A program made the translations under genes and the position numbers. A model generated the notes under the pieces. That model ran no database searches and had not been told where the DNA came from. It saw only the letters and a list, made by a program, of their open reading frames with translations. This document shows positions 27,501 to 41,509 of a DNA stretch of 64,000 nt, in pieces (the first letter of the stretch is position 1; the number at the start of each line of letters is the position of its first letter). Origin of the DNA: Raillietiella orientalis (lineage: Eukaryota). Location: positions 1,984,001-2,048,000 of the forward strand of contig JAYWIR010000014.1 of the NCBI GenBank assembly GCA_036172245.1, written 5' to 3'.

Positions 27501-28067
27501 AAATCGAGAGCTTATATACTCACATATAGGAATGTTTGTTTATATGTGAGTTGTTTTCTTGACAACCAACGTCCCAGTGCAGCCGGGTGATAAACGAATT
27601 CACAATCAAGAGAATCAGCCTGCAACAGGCACTTTGTACGCAGCGGAGGCGGTGACGAAATCAAAGGAAATACCGCATGATATTTTCGAGTCTTGGATAA
27701 AAAAACGACAAGGACGGTAGCGATCGTGGGGGGCTGTAAAAAGGAAATCCTGCCTCATTTCGATCCTATCGGGGCAAGTGCAGCCTGAGAGAGGACTAAG
27801 ACCGGCCAGAAAGAAGTCTGTGCTCGTGGGGAGTTTAAAAGAAATGGCGGAGAACTTGCTCCAAGTGGAAACGAGCTTCTTCCCGGTAGATTCGACGTCC
27901 CATGAATCCGTCGCATGCAGGTATTCGACAGTGCCGTTCAAGAACAAGATTCACCGACTTCGCATCCAAAGATTCGCGTAGGGAGACTGGGACAACGAGA
28001 ACCACTTTGGAACGGCCGCCAATGGGAATTCCCTGTCGATTGCCGGTCGGTTGCAAACACAGTGTCC

Positions 28068-31000
28068 TCAAGTTTTGATGCGTTGCGCCGTCCTTTGACT
28101 TTCACGAGTTAGGGGGGATTTAGAACACGCCATCATTAGAAAGTATTCCCTCCAAGTTGCCGTCGAAGAGACTCCTGATAACGATTTCACTACTGCTAGC
28201 AATCCAATGCGCGTGGCGAAATGCAAATTCGCAGCGTCTCTCTTCACCCTCGTAAGCTCAGTAAGATGAGATTTTTGTGTGTAATTTTTCCCACCCTTGT
28301 GCACTGGTTTGAATTTTCACAGAAGCATGATCGTCTTTACGAGAGGGCATTCTAAAGGGATCAGGAATGTAGACACGAGCCTCCCTGAGAATGAATTCAG
28401 CCACTGTTAAATCAGATGTAACCCTATGCACATGTATGCACATACATATGGACACATATGCACCCACATTAATCAGATACACACTGATCCATACGTAGTC
28501 CAGTTACAAAAGAGATAGAGGCATTCAAATGCAACGTACTGATGTCTTCGAAGATCATTCGTATAAATTCGTCAAGCTCATCTTTGCAATCCTCTATCAG
28601 AATTTTATTTTTTTTTAATGTTTGAATGGCAATTTTTTTCCAGAGGCACATCGATCTCATTCAAGAATTCACTTCAGCGATACCCAACTCTTTTCGACTC
28701 CAATGTTTAGTTGAGTTTTTTTTTTTTTTTCAAAGCGAAAATAACACGCTGTTCGCATTTGATATGTACTTCAGTTAGCTAGAGACGGAATCTGGGGAAA
28801 AATTCACGGAGGAGGAAGGGGTGACGAAGGAGGATGAACACAGTCGCAACAATTTCTACATCACTCCTCGGATGGGTCCAGGGTGTATTTCACCGAGAGA
28901 AGACTCGAGTGTGAAATGTGCGGTGCGATTTAGACCCCATTTTAGCGTTGAGCAGCTGATTACAAACATTGAAAATATTTCTGAAACTGTCTCTAAAAGC
29001 TTCCTGAGCACTTGACGTGATGCAAACGCGAATCTAGATGAAAGAGTAGTAGTTGATGATCAACAGCCATTTCTGATCTACTAGTTGTGTTTCATCACTG
29101 ATCTCTGTTGTCAATGCTCTGAATATCAAAGGCAATGGGAAAATTCATCTCACACATTCTTTCGACAGGACCGCTTTTGATGAATAAATCCTGTGCAAAA
29201 AAAAGATAGGTAGGATTTCCGATAGGATTTCGCCGCCATTCTCCCAACATAGCTCATCGTTGATAAAACTGAGACACTATATCACGAAACCCCTGAGCAT
29301 CATAAAAACTTTTAGAGAATTTTATCAAGGCTGGGATCTGAATCGGATTCGTGACTGAGTTGCACCTACTTATTTCGCTGCTTAATCCGATTATGCATTA
29401 TTTTCCCGAAAAGTGGTTGAGATCCTAATTTATCCCTAATTTCCAAACTGGCTTTGCGACCGAAGGTGTTGTCTCGCATTTAGATATTTTGAAAAACAAA
29501 AAAAAATGACAGCAGCAACACCACGGGGTATGCGACGTGTGGCAACATTTGCAGAGTGAAGCGCTGACCTCGTGTTCAGGAGATGAATTCCTTTGACGAT
29601 TTCACTAATGAGCTCGTCCTGGAAGGGAAATTGTGCGTCGGGTTTCGTTGCAGGATGGACAGGAAGTGTCCCAAGGATATCTAGAAAAAAAGAACAGTCT
29701 AGTGTGTTTACACGAAAAAAAAAAAAAAAAAGAACTGTGAGAAGAGATTCTTAAACATTATCGCAAGATCGATTCTTAAGAATACAATGATTTTGCGTGA
29801 GATTATTCCTACGTAATGATGCATGGATTATTTACTCGTTGATGCTATCCAAGTAAACAAGAATTTTCAAATGCATGCTGGGTAGTTGTTGTTGTTTTTT
29901 TTTTTTTTAAAAAAAAAAAAAACTTAGTTTTTCTATTTCTCCCTCTGAATTGTACTCTTAAGACTTCAAATGCTTTGGACAATCGTTCAAGAACTGATTT
30001 CAAAAGAAGAATCTCCTTTTTTTTTTTTTTCTCCTCTCGAAAGTTTACGTTTGATGGCTCTTTACGATCCCATGCTTTGTACCCTCGATTTGGTCAATCG
30101 GGGACCAATCCTTACTTCCACCTTACTCCTACAACACCACAGCAATCGTGGTTTATCGGCTCTATAGCTGGTCTTGGATGCGTTTTGGAATCAAGTCGAT
30201 TCGTTCCAGAGCCAACGGTTTTGGAAACCTACCATTTTCACGTGTTGAGAACCCATCGGTCGGAGGCAGATGCTGGAGTAAACGCTGTTTCCCACTTGGG
30301 GGTGGGAATTTACCAAAGTGCTCTTACGGAAACCGAGCGAGCGTTGCACGTCCCTCGAGCCAGCCAGTCAGGCTGGGAACGGTTCAGCAGGCACAGAATA
30401 TCCCTGGTTTCAGAAATAACATTTCTTTCGGAAAAGCTTTCTCTAGAGAACAAACTCTTCGTCCTAAATGCCCGTCAGTTTGCAATAGATGATGTGCCTT
30501 CCTCGTACGCGAACCAAACAACAGAGAAAAACAAGAGGAAAAAAAAAAAAAAAAACACGAAGGATGAGCTTCTTAAGGCTTGCATATTTTGCTTCTTGCA
30601 GTCCTACGAGTAGCTTAGAGGATTGATGATGAGAATGCGATCAGAGCGGCTCTCCCACTTCGAATCCGCGGTAAATGCCATCATGGAGTTCCCGTTTTTC
30701 CACCAAACGTCTGCAGGTATGATTAAAGTGCAAAAGATTGCTAACTGTTTCTGATAGTTAGGATTTTCTGAGCTAAGCACCAAAAGCCATGAAACGAGTT
30801 CCATTCTCTGCTGTGATTACTATAGTAACAGAATCCTCAATCCGCCTCCCCCCCCTTCCTTTCTGTCTTTTGATTTGGATCCTTGTTAGAATCTCCGCAC
30901 AAAATTCAGCGGGTGAATTCGAGTAAATTCAAAGCTTAAGACAAGCGTGCGCACGCGCATACGTGCAATTTCCTTCTAGGAACTCGGATCTAAGATCTAA

Positions 31001-32687
31001 GATCAAAAACGTTCCGACAGTCCCATAGACACACACCCTCGCTTCTATCGGAAATGCATCGTCACGAAGAAATAACTCAACGAACGACAAAATACAAAAA
31101 GAAGAAAGGGAGAAAAGTAAAAAATTTACAATCATGGTGGAAGACGGCAAATACCAATATCTTCTGGAAACGCATCTTTCCTCCGGATGGCCTCGGAAGA
31201 AAAGCCAGCAAACAAGCATTAGCTACATTTCAATTAGATGAAATTCAAAACGGAAAGTCATCAAAATGAAATGCAACAGAATGACGCCGTGTCACGCCTG
31301 TGAGCCTGCGGGAGGATTCTCAACGGGAGGATTCATCCCGGTAAACATCTCATCATTTGATCAAGCACACAAGTCAGTTCGGTTTGCTGATTGGATTTAC
31401 GAGGACAAATAAATTCCTGTAAGTGGATGAATGCGTACAATATCCAAATCCATAATATACATAGCTACAAATCGATTGTACATTATCACAGGATATACAT
31501 CATCGATCTTTAGCATCAGTGTTATAACAACTAATGAAAAAAATTCTTTTATTGCGATAATTAAACATTTAAGTACGTAAATTACACTTATTTAGCAAAC
31601 AACTCGAATGATTCCGTTTTTTTATTAACCCACTGAATAAACATACATGAATGAATGAGGAATGCTCAAAGTAGTGTACCAAATGCGGATTTCAAAAGAC
31701 AAGGTATTTTATTGTGAAAAAGCGTCTCATTCCAGGAAACGGACTGCTGGAGTGAATGCATGTATCTCTCTATATCTCTTCCGATATCATCCACATCACA
31801 TAATTTTTGGTCGGTTGATGGGGAAATTACCCTGCATTTATTTAAACTAGGCTGTTGGAACAAAGTAAATGTTCCCACTTTTCGTACTTTAGCACATCTT
31901 CATGCAACTTCCGCGATGTGCTGTACCTTGCCGTGCCTGCACACCTCTGGACCATCTTCACCATTCAGTGTTCTAAGCATGCAGGTGTTAAGAAAGAGGG
32001 TAACCAGAGTCACATAGGGATCGGTACGGTATTCCTTTTACAAGAGGAAATGATAAGAGGACGGTCGCTGTACAGATGCCATCGGAAGCTGTGTAGGTGA
32101 ATAAATTTCGTGTTACCCGGTGTCTGCCTACGCGTGTAGGATTTCACATTCTTAGTGCTAGGGTTCCTCTGTTCAGTCAATTCTTTTTTTTTTTTTCCAC
32201 AGGAGCTGGTTCGATCTCTCCTATTGCAAAGGTGTTTCCCAAATAACGCCAAAGCATATGGGAAGTATGCCTGGAATATGTGTGTGGATATATGACGCAT
32301 ACATGAATATATGCAATGCAAACAACTTTTAAAGATGCAATAAACTGTATGGAATAGTCTCTTTAGAGAACGTAAATTGAAAAATATCACTGTTGGAAAG
32401 ATTTAAAGTTTCTGAATGGGATACGAAATACTAAAACTTCTGGAGTTCATAAAATATTGCATGCAACCGACCACTCCAAATCGCCGTTGCATTAAAAGCG
32501 CTGAAAGTCCTTGTGACATGTTCACAGTAAGCCCAAGCAATGAGTACATGAGACTGGCACAACAGACAAATACAAAAAGGGCAATGAAGATTATTTCCAC
32601 CATTCCAGGGTTGCAGATGCTGCTCTGATGAGTGGACAGCTGCCTTTCGAATTCACTCTCTTCACTCATGTTTCGCTCACTTTGCAT
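28068..32687 (-). CDS. Candidate uncharacterised multi-exon gene(s); the first exon resembles a type II single-pass membrane protein
   Basis: ORF 32403-32687 has a short hydrophilic N-terminus followed by the hydrophobic helix IIFIALFVFVCCASLMYSLLGL. Further AG/GT-bounded open segments lie at ~31.7-32.1, ~30.6-30.8 and ~28.1-28.6 kb. No recognisable domain, and the exon linkage is not established. Confidence 0.25.
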
Positions 32688-33274
32688 TCCTTTTCGATGT
32701 GACTTGTTTTGCCTGTGGGCAAGTCTTTATGGAGTAGACTTGTCACACGCTTCCTACTCTGAAAATGGATATATGTGTTCGTACACCACGTGTTACATTC
32801 GAAAAACATGAGAAATCGCTCCACAGCTCTCCTATTTTTCACACAATCTTGAAATATGGGGAGAGAAAGGGAAAGAAAAAGAGCATAATTTTGAATTCAG
32901 CTCGAAACTGGTTGGAAAAAGCTTTATCCAGCCATGCCTTCTTGCAAATAAACTCTGAATTTATGATTTTCTGAATGCATAAGTCCAGTGTACTCACGGT
33001 CACAAAAACGTTAAGCATGAATTGTGTACAAATGGCTGATTAAATTAAGATTTTGCATTTTCCTTGAATGATGAAAGAAACCTTATGAGTTTATTGAATT
33101 CAGTCGTAAGTGACCATCTCATTGAGATGCACTTCATTATACCACTTCGTATGCGCTTATGAAAAGATTCTCTTTATACGTAAAACTTCTTGACAAGAAA
33201 ACAGGAGAGTTCCAAGAAAACACAACTTTGAAAACTGAGGTGCTCAAGTGAGACCCTTTGTGTTGCATGCTTTG

Positions 33275-34168
33275 TCAAATATCAGTTCTCGTTATAAAAC
33301 AATAATTTCAACTATTTCGTATTATGATATTAATCTTGTACTTCAAGTTTTGTCGAGTCACTTGAATGCTTTCCACGTTAAACTTCCAAAGAGCCTCGTT
33401 AAAGTTCTAAGCCAAACCACACACTGTACTGTACTTTAAGAAATGGAAGCGAATAAATTAACTGCTCACGCAAACATGTATAACATACATCTTTATAGAT
33501 TTCAGCTGTACATTATACATTTGACTTATTGTATAGTAAACATACTGAAAAAGGTGATTTTTTTCAGTTTTCCTGTCTTCAATGAGCAAAGATAATTCAC
33601 TGAGGTGTACTGGGGCATATACTTACGTGGAGGGGGATGTAAAATGCTTCCATCGGTGCTTTTAATCTCCAATATAGTTTTCCTCCACTTTTTTCGCATC
33701 CCACGTGCATCATCATAATTTTCAGAGCATTTACTTTTCGGATACATAATTCAATTCGACGTTACTTCAGGTTTCTGAGGGGATTTTGTTTCTGTGGGTC
33801 CTCAGCTCGAGAGCGTTCGCATTAGGATGTTTCCATTCAACAATGGACGGAAACGGTACGAGTCGACCTTCGGGGCTTCCTCGCAGGGGCCGCCGGGAAA
33901 ACATCCTCCCCATGGACTTCAGGGTAATCATGTATAATGTAAATCTATAAAGATGTGCGTTATGCATGTTTACATGAGCAGTTAATTTATTCGCTTCCAT
34001 TTGTTAAAGTACAGTACAGTGTGTGGTTTGGCTTGGAACTTTAACGAGGCTCTTTGGAAGTTCAACGTGGAAAGCATTCAAGTGACTCGACAAAACTTGA
34101 AGTACAAGATTAACATCATAATACGAAATAGTTGAAATTATTGTTTTATAACGAGAACTGATATTTGA
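33275..34168. repeat. Long inverted repeat: arms 33275-33520 and 33930-34168, ~410 bp spacer
   Basis: The arms are near-identical reverse complements with a few substitutions and a 7-bp indel. They also appear as near-identical peptides (SNISSRYKTIISTISYYD...QTTHCTVL) in opposite-strand ORFs. Confidence 0.92.
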
Positions 34169-37100
34169 TATCCTCCTTCCTGTGAACTTCAGGATAATCT
34201 GCATTTCATGATGTAAAACACAAAGTCTTAAGTTACGAACGCACGAGTGTTTTCGTGCTTTGTGGATTCGTCCCTGCAATTCTTTATTTGCTTTCAAACA
34301 CATGTCGAGACAAATGTCAAAAACAACCCATTTCAAAATAGAATGCATGTTAACATACAAAAAAAATAAGTAAGGGATGTCAGAAGACAGCCTTATTAGC
34401 ATGGGCTTTACATCACTTAAAGTACATTACTTTCTTTTTAGTACGTTTATTATTCCTTGTTCGTTTTGATTCTTTTGAGAATATGTTTTGTAATTGGATA
34501 AACTATTAATGATCTAATTCAGTGGAAATAACGTAAATAGATACAATAGATAATCATCTAGCGATTAACAAATAATCTGGAAAGAAATCTTATTCCTTGG
34601 TATTTGCTTCACAGCTGGCGGAAGAGTCGACTCCCTTAGAAATTACTAGAATGAAAATGTGGTAACTTAACATTATGATGGAGTCTCTCAAGAAATTTTT
34701 ACATTTTCTAAATTCTAGAGTAAGAATCAAGCATAGTGAGTTATTTGCTGTTTCGTCATGAAGCAGTTTATTCAAGATTTTATAAATCTCCCGGTACTTC
34801 CGATAAACGAGGTGTAAAACCAGCAATAACACATCAGGAATAAATTTTCCGCCTTTGTCTTTGTTTGTCCCAAAAAAGATTGAAAATCAGGATATTTCAA
34901 ATTTTTACAGGAGTGAAAGTGTATGTACTTCCGCGTTGCTACCTGCACTGAAACCACTCTGATTCATGTGCATCCGAGACATGATTCTTCTGTAACAACT
35001 ATAACGTCCACTGGAAATAACCCCAGGATGTCTGACTGATGAACCAACTGATATGACCTCGAACTTCGACCCAGTCTGCAGAAATGAATCCTCAGAGATT
35101 CTTTTGCAGGCAACCAGTCCGAGTGTAATTCAGAATTCTCTGAAGCTTCATAACCTTCGCAGACAGTGGCAGAGAATTGTGTGGAATTCCTAGAGAAAAG
35201 GGAGGGGAAAAGAAATCTTTTGAAAAGAGGAACCTTGCTCTGAGATTCCAAGAAAGTCTTGGAGCTCTAATGTGAAACAAGAACAAAAACAAACGAGACG
35301 ACACATAAAAACACGTCAGTATGTAAAAATGCAAACCATACATGTTGAGAATGTTTTCAAAATGAAACAACAGGGATTATTTGCATTGTCTGTAGCATCA
35401 ATGCTACGATACAAAAGTATACCATTTTCCTTTTTTTAGAATGATCTCTTCCCAAATCTGCACGGCACACCGAAGAATTACGTGGCTGCAAAAAAAAAAG
35501 AAAGAAAGAAAAGGAATCGAAATGGTGATTAGAAGAAATTTTCCTTTTCGTAGCATAGACGAAAGACGAATAGGATTTCACAGTGTTGATGGATTCAAAA
35601 CGGAAATTTGAAACGGATTTTCAAGATAATCTCGAGGCAGCGTAGGAACCAACGAAATTTCCAATATGGCAAAATTAGAGAAAAACAAAAGATATGCAAT
35701 GACAACTGACTAGTGGTAAAAAAGTACTTCAGATTCCAAAGGGATAATCGTTGAAAGCTTTCCTATTATTAGGGACATTCGATAATCTGTGCAGGTGAAA
35801 TTCGGTGCACGTTACTTGCAAACGTTCTGCCCTTGATAATACTTTCAGAGCTTCCACCGAACATTATGAATGCCATCAGTGCTGAAAATGGAGTCTTATA
35901 ACAGGGCTGTCAAAGAGTCCCTAAAGGATGAGAAGGAAACTATGGGTAATGTCCTTAAACACCTATACGTTGTCTGCAAAGACTTCTCTGGGTTAGAAGC
36001 GACATTTGACCCTGAGAAAGACGTGCAAGAGCGTCAGAAAGAAGCAAGATCAACTTGGGTGATGAACCGTGTAGAAGTCAGCGAAGAAGTGCGTAGGCAG
36101 TAGCTCAGCAACTGGGATACACAACTGTGTTTGCGGTGTATCCACAACAGCTGATATCATAACCCAAGGTCTAGAGGAGGACCGCTGCTGCTGGGCTGCT
36201 AGAAGAATCTGCGACGAGTAGAAACAGTTTCCCTCCATAGTTACGTGGGTCAGGATGGGCGCAACGAAGAATGCCATTCTTGGACGAAAGCTGAGCAATG
36301 ACAGCGAGGTTACAGAAAAAGGCAAGACGTGGCTCCGACAAGCCCCGGAGGAGCTTTCAATGAGGAATTCTGGCGCTGGTTTCCAAATCGAGGAAAGCTG
36401 CCGAAAAAGTGGACCCAATGCAGAAAACAGCCGCTTGAAAACAAGGTATGCTGTTGCCCTTGCACGATACTTGCGAAGATCGTGCAGATTTGTTCCTTGC
36501 GATGATTAATGGCTGAGAACGAAAAAATGTGGCAAAACGTCCTGAGTGACCATCATAAAGATTGGAGATGATGTCACACTTTTGCTGCCGTGATGGATAA
36601 CAGCTATTTGATATATACATATTTGGATGTTTCATATTGTGATAATGAAAAACAAGTATTGAATTGAAAGAATTCCAATACGTGCATAACATCTAACAAA
36701 ATGAGTGCTCCAATGTGTTTCTGGTCAAGGGGAAACCTGGTGGTGGATTTTCCTTCAGGAATGAATGCACGAAAGCATCAGCTACAACCAACAACAGTTG
36801 AGTGGAAAAGGATACCCATTCCTAAACCTAATCATGTCTTAGACGGTGATAAAAAAGGGAAAATAAAATGACCTCCACTGATGAAATGAACTCGAATAAG
36901 ACACGAAACAAATCAAAAAGCAGGAACACCATCATCACAAGAAGCAAACAGAATAAACTTTTGTCCCTTCAAAAGTGAGGGATATAAGCCAAGTTTGATG
37001 ATAAGCAAGTAAACAAGCTTTCAGCCTGTTTAAAATCTAAACTATTTATTCCGGGTGAAAAGTTACAACCCTATGAACCCTGTGAAACGAAAAGCAATCA

Positions 37101-39590
37101 AAGAAAGTATCTATTGGGATAGCTTAAATATGATGGTTGAATGTTCGTAAGGTGTGTGTGCCATTCCCGTTTATGTGATCACTTGGAATTTAATTTCTTG
37201 TCATTTGGGCAGCTGTGTTTTGAAAGATGCATCTTCTCATTTACTTTTTTGTCTACAAAGATGCTCGTTTCTTTTTCGCTCATTTTTATGCATTATATGG
37301 ACAGATCCACACCTTACAATTACGATATGTTTCATCCGTAATCAAAAAGATGTACTGTTATGATTTATGTAAAAGTAAATTCCATGAATTAATTGAATTT
37401 AGTGCATTCTTCAAATGATTACTTTGATTTACAGTTACTTGAACTGCATTTTGTAAGGAAGCATGTTTATAAAGAGTGCAGATACTTTGTAAAGCAGAGC
37501 AGAATGTACTTTGATTTCTTGAAAAATGAATTTTTAATGCATTTATTTAATACTGAACAAAGATCTTGCATTGCAACCATTTCTCTCATCCTTTATAAAT
37601 TAAAAGCACTGTGCTATGTGTAAGCTTGCCCTTTCATGGTTTCAATTTTTATTATAAATCTGCGCATAAAATCAAAATTAAAGTTTCCAAAATATTCCAA
37701 TACCAGCACATGCACCAACATGATCAATGTGGCATGGCTGCGCCATCCAGACTTCCGGTATCCCAAGCAGATGATTTTTTCCACTTTACCATGGGTGTGA
37801 TCACAAACTTTAAATGCTCGAATCAGACATCACGAAGTGTTGAAATTGGAATGCAAATTACGACCGACAGAAACAGATGAGAAAATTAAATTATGAATTT
37901 TTACTTATGGAGGATCGTAGAGTCTAAATCGGTGGGCATGTAGTGTGGAGAACACTTCAAGAAATTAATAAAGCAGCAATTGCTGCAAGGTATCCCAGTT
38001 ACATCAAGTATGCATAGCTTATACCATCTACCATCCAAAATGCCAATCGATAATTCCAATTCCATGACTTTGTGGGAACCATTCTGACAGCAATCAGTCT
38101 GAATATTGCGATCACTTGTGAAATAATGTGAACTTTTTTCAAAACCAATGGCTTATATATGCTGGCTTGGATTCGCAATTGCGGCTTGCACTTGACCTTA
38201 AACTGAGAATCTCCAGAGGTGCCCTCTGTAAGAAGACACGATGCAAACAAACTTTTGATTCTGTAAGACAACACTCATGACACTTCAGAGTTATTCTTCC
38301 TGAACACTTGGTTTTTATCTTACCCGCTATACAATCCAAACACGGAGTCGTCCATCGTAAATATTCTTTTACTCTGATATGAGGCGATCCACTGGGTTTT
38401 CGGTCGTAATCTTCAATGGAAAAGTGGATGAAGCCGAACGTGTCCATTCGCCGAGATTCACAAACACATCCACACACATATGCACGCAAAAATGCAACTT
38501 GCGTATAATCTTGCCGTATGTTTGTGATCTCGAGATCTATAACTATTTAGATTCCACATCTCTATAAGTAGATTTTCCTGTATATTTCACAGGAAATTCA
38601 TGAATAGTCTGTACTCTATCCGATCCTATATCAGAGTAGTTGAAAATAAAATAAGGTTATTGATTTTTAACTATTGTTTCATAAAAACGATTATAAGATT
38701 TCTGTTGGTACCCCTGTTTCATGTGTCTTCACGTGTGCGATGTTTTCCACATGCTGAATGCAAGGGTTAACTGTGCCCAGAAAAACATCCCAACTAATGA
38801 CGCTGAAACCTTACATTTGATTATAAATGTGACCTAATTTTACATTGACATTTGAGGTGCTCGTTTTTCGAGGATATGATTTCGAAATTGTAGATTTTTT
38901 TTTTTTTTTTTAACAGTTCTGCATGGAGAAAAATCCCTCCCAATTCCTTTTCATCAACTATCAAAATTTCGTCATTAAGAATAAGCGATTTTTCACCCAA
39001 GTCTAAGACACAGACAAAAAAGAACATGGTCAAGAATAGGAATCGTGCTCAATGTGGGCAATTTGGTCAACAACTTTTTTCTTCCTGGATGCGGGGGGTC
39101 ATCTTTTTAAAATAAATAGCTTTTTGAAGAAAAGGTCAGACTGCGTAATGTGAGACAAAAAGGTCCGTTCCTACGGAGAGCAAACATATTAAGGACATGG
39201 AGAGAGGGAGTAGAACTTTTTCCTGTGAGAATTATAAACAACTCGTATCCCCATATCTAATATTATCACATAAATATGACCGGGAAAATGTGCCGATTGA
39301 AACGACGTGACTTTGAATGCTTGTGTGTAGAAATGCCTTCAAACGTACACGTGCTTTCAAAATTCAGATCGTGTGAATCGAAATGTGTGAATCTCCTTTC
39401 ATCTTTCGATTTCCCTCCAGTGTCTTTTGGATTTTTGGTTTTATACTGCTTCACGGTGCATCCATTCATTTTCGTTTTTGCTCGGAACGTGCACTGACAT
39501 CCTGAAAAATGGGAGGCGAACCTCCCGGCGATCCGCGCACGACAGCGCTTTTGCGATATATGAGCAGCGACAACAGGCAGGTAGACACGC

Positions 39591-39662
39591 AGCAGAGTGG
39601 CGCAGTGGAAGCGTGCTGGGCCCATAACCCAGAGGTCCGTGGATCGAAACCACGCTCTGCTA
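39591..39662 (+). tRNA. tRNA-iMet: Initiator tRNA-Met (CAT)
   Basis: AGCAGAGTGGCGCAGTGGAAGCGTGCTGGGCCCATAACCCAGAGGTCCGTGGATCGAAACCACGCTCTGCTA shows an A1:U72 pair, three G-C pairs in the anticodon stem, a CAT anticodon and the ATCGAAA T-loop characteristic of eukaryotic initiator tRNA. Confidence 0.98.
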
Positions 39663-39665
39663 GGC

Positions 39666-39671
39666 TTTTTT
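39666..39671 (+). terminator. RNA polymerase III terminator (T6)
   Basis: TTTTTT lies 3 nt downstream of the tRNA 3' end. Confidence 0.85.
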
Positions 39672-41509
39672 GAGCGTTCCTAAGCAGCAAGTGTTTTGCA
39701 CCCCTCCCCTCCCCCTCCCCCCATAAAAAGGGGGAGGGGGAAGGAAAACAAGGGCCAGTCGACCGATCTCGATTTCAATTTATTTTGCCGTTCGGTGAAA
39801 GAGGAGACGCTGAGCTGGAAATTACGGTTCCGCGGCGTGTGACGATTCTGGTTGAACCGTTCATTGGATTCATTTTTCCTTATGCCGTTGTGATTATGAT
39901 CGATCTGCAGTGATTCAGTGATTTAAAGGGTTCGCTCCGACATCCGTTTGCTTTATCAGGGGGATGGATGATGAAGACTGTTTTCGTAATTTGCCCGAGG
40001 GATGGTATTCAGCCGCGTTACGGAAAGTCGCACGACCAAATTCATCACGGAAGCAAGAACAGAAAGGCACAATCTGAGATAGTTATGCATCAAAAATAAG
40101 AATCGACGAAAGCAGTCGATGGTTTAATTTTGTAATTACTCAAAAAAAAAAACAGCTTTTAAAATTATATATGGCTTTTTGGTTTGAAGCTGCTTGGGTC
40201 TTAACTGAATTAATTACTCTTTGAAAGCCATCAGTGGCACATAATACTTGCGTCAAAAAACGATAGCCTTTCTGGTCCAGGTCTATTCAGTTCAGTTCGG
40301 AGCACGACTGTTGCTGGGATCACAGCAGCCGACTCGAGAGGATGAGAGATGACGAGTGCACTTGCATCGGACGGGAATGCACGGGCTTCATCCGGTTCAA
40401 ACGCAGATTTAACTGCGAGTAGATTCTGTACGTAGCATTTCTCACGTAGTTTATCAAGTGTATAATGCAGTATCACAATATAAAAAAAACAAAGCGAACA
40501 TGTATTACTATTAAGAGATGCAATTTCAACAATGGAACAAAGCGATGCAGTCTTCGAGTTCCGCAGGAGCATCCCGAAAATAAAGAGCTCAATCTGCGGA
40601 TCCTAGCAACCTCAATCAGTATTGCCGCGCACAGTAGAGAAACTCATTTCATCCTGGAAATCGTTTAAGAAAAAAGTGATCCTCTACTGCGAGTGGTCGA
40701 AAATTTTCTTCAAAGTCATCATCATTCACGATTCTTGTTTTTCAAACTAGTGGCTATCTTGTTTTACGATATTATACAGCTAAAAAATAAAAACAGAACC
40801 ATTAGGGAGGGGCGCATCTCCTTCGTACAACCATTACTTCCCTGCTATTAATGGAGTATGAATTACATCTCTTCGAGCTGTGCAAATGTTCCCATACAGA
40901 AACGCATTAGACACTTCCGCGTTTCCTAAGTTCTATGCTCGCCACTTAGAATCAAAGTTTCCAAAGGAATCTAATCTGATGATGGCTGAGTTAGCCAAGT
41001 TGCTACACAAGTAACAACTCTTCCTTTCTCATTTTTCATATCTTTGAAAGAGTTTTTTCATTTGTTTGGAGTGATAATACTGGTGTTCCAGACTTTTGGC
41101 TGGCAGTTGCAGGTCCTATGAAGATTGGAACTTTTTAATGACGATCAAGTGTTGGAATGCGTTTGAAAGAACATTTGCATTCAGATAATCTACCACAGAA
41201 AGGTCTACAATATATTTTTCAAACTTTCTTCTTTCCGATGATCATTGCAGCGATGAGTTGCAATGGTTATCCGTCTCATCGTCTTATGGTCTTTCCATTT
41301 CCATGCATTCAGTTCAGGTAAAGCCAATGGATATCTGATGGCCATGTGAGCTTCATGGCTCCTCTCAATTGCATTTTAAGGGCCATTTCGGATTACTGGC
41401 TGTGATTTGATACTGGTTTTCTGAATTTAAATACCACAATTCGTGTCGAGCACTCAAACTATTTGATGGAATATCGCAACTGTGACAGCAATTCTGATTT
41501 CATATTTGT

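Noticed and set aside
35870..36509. Stop-interrupted + strand ORF remnants, possibly from a TE
   Set aside because: No diagnostic motif.
37700..38490. Possible small multi-exon gene on the - strand
   Set aside because: Some phase-compatible exons exist, but no start, end or homology could be established.
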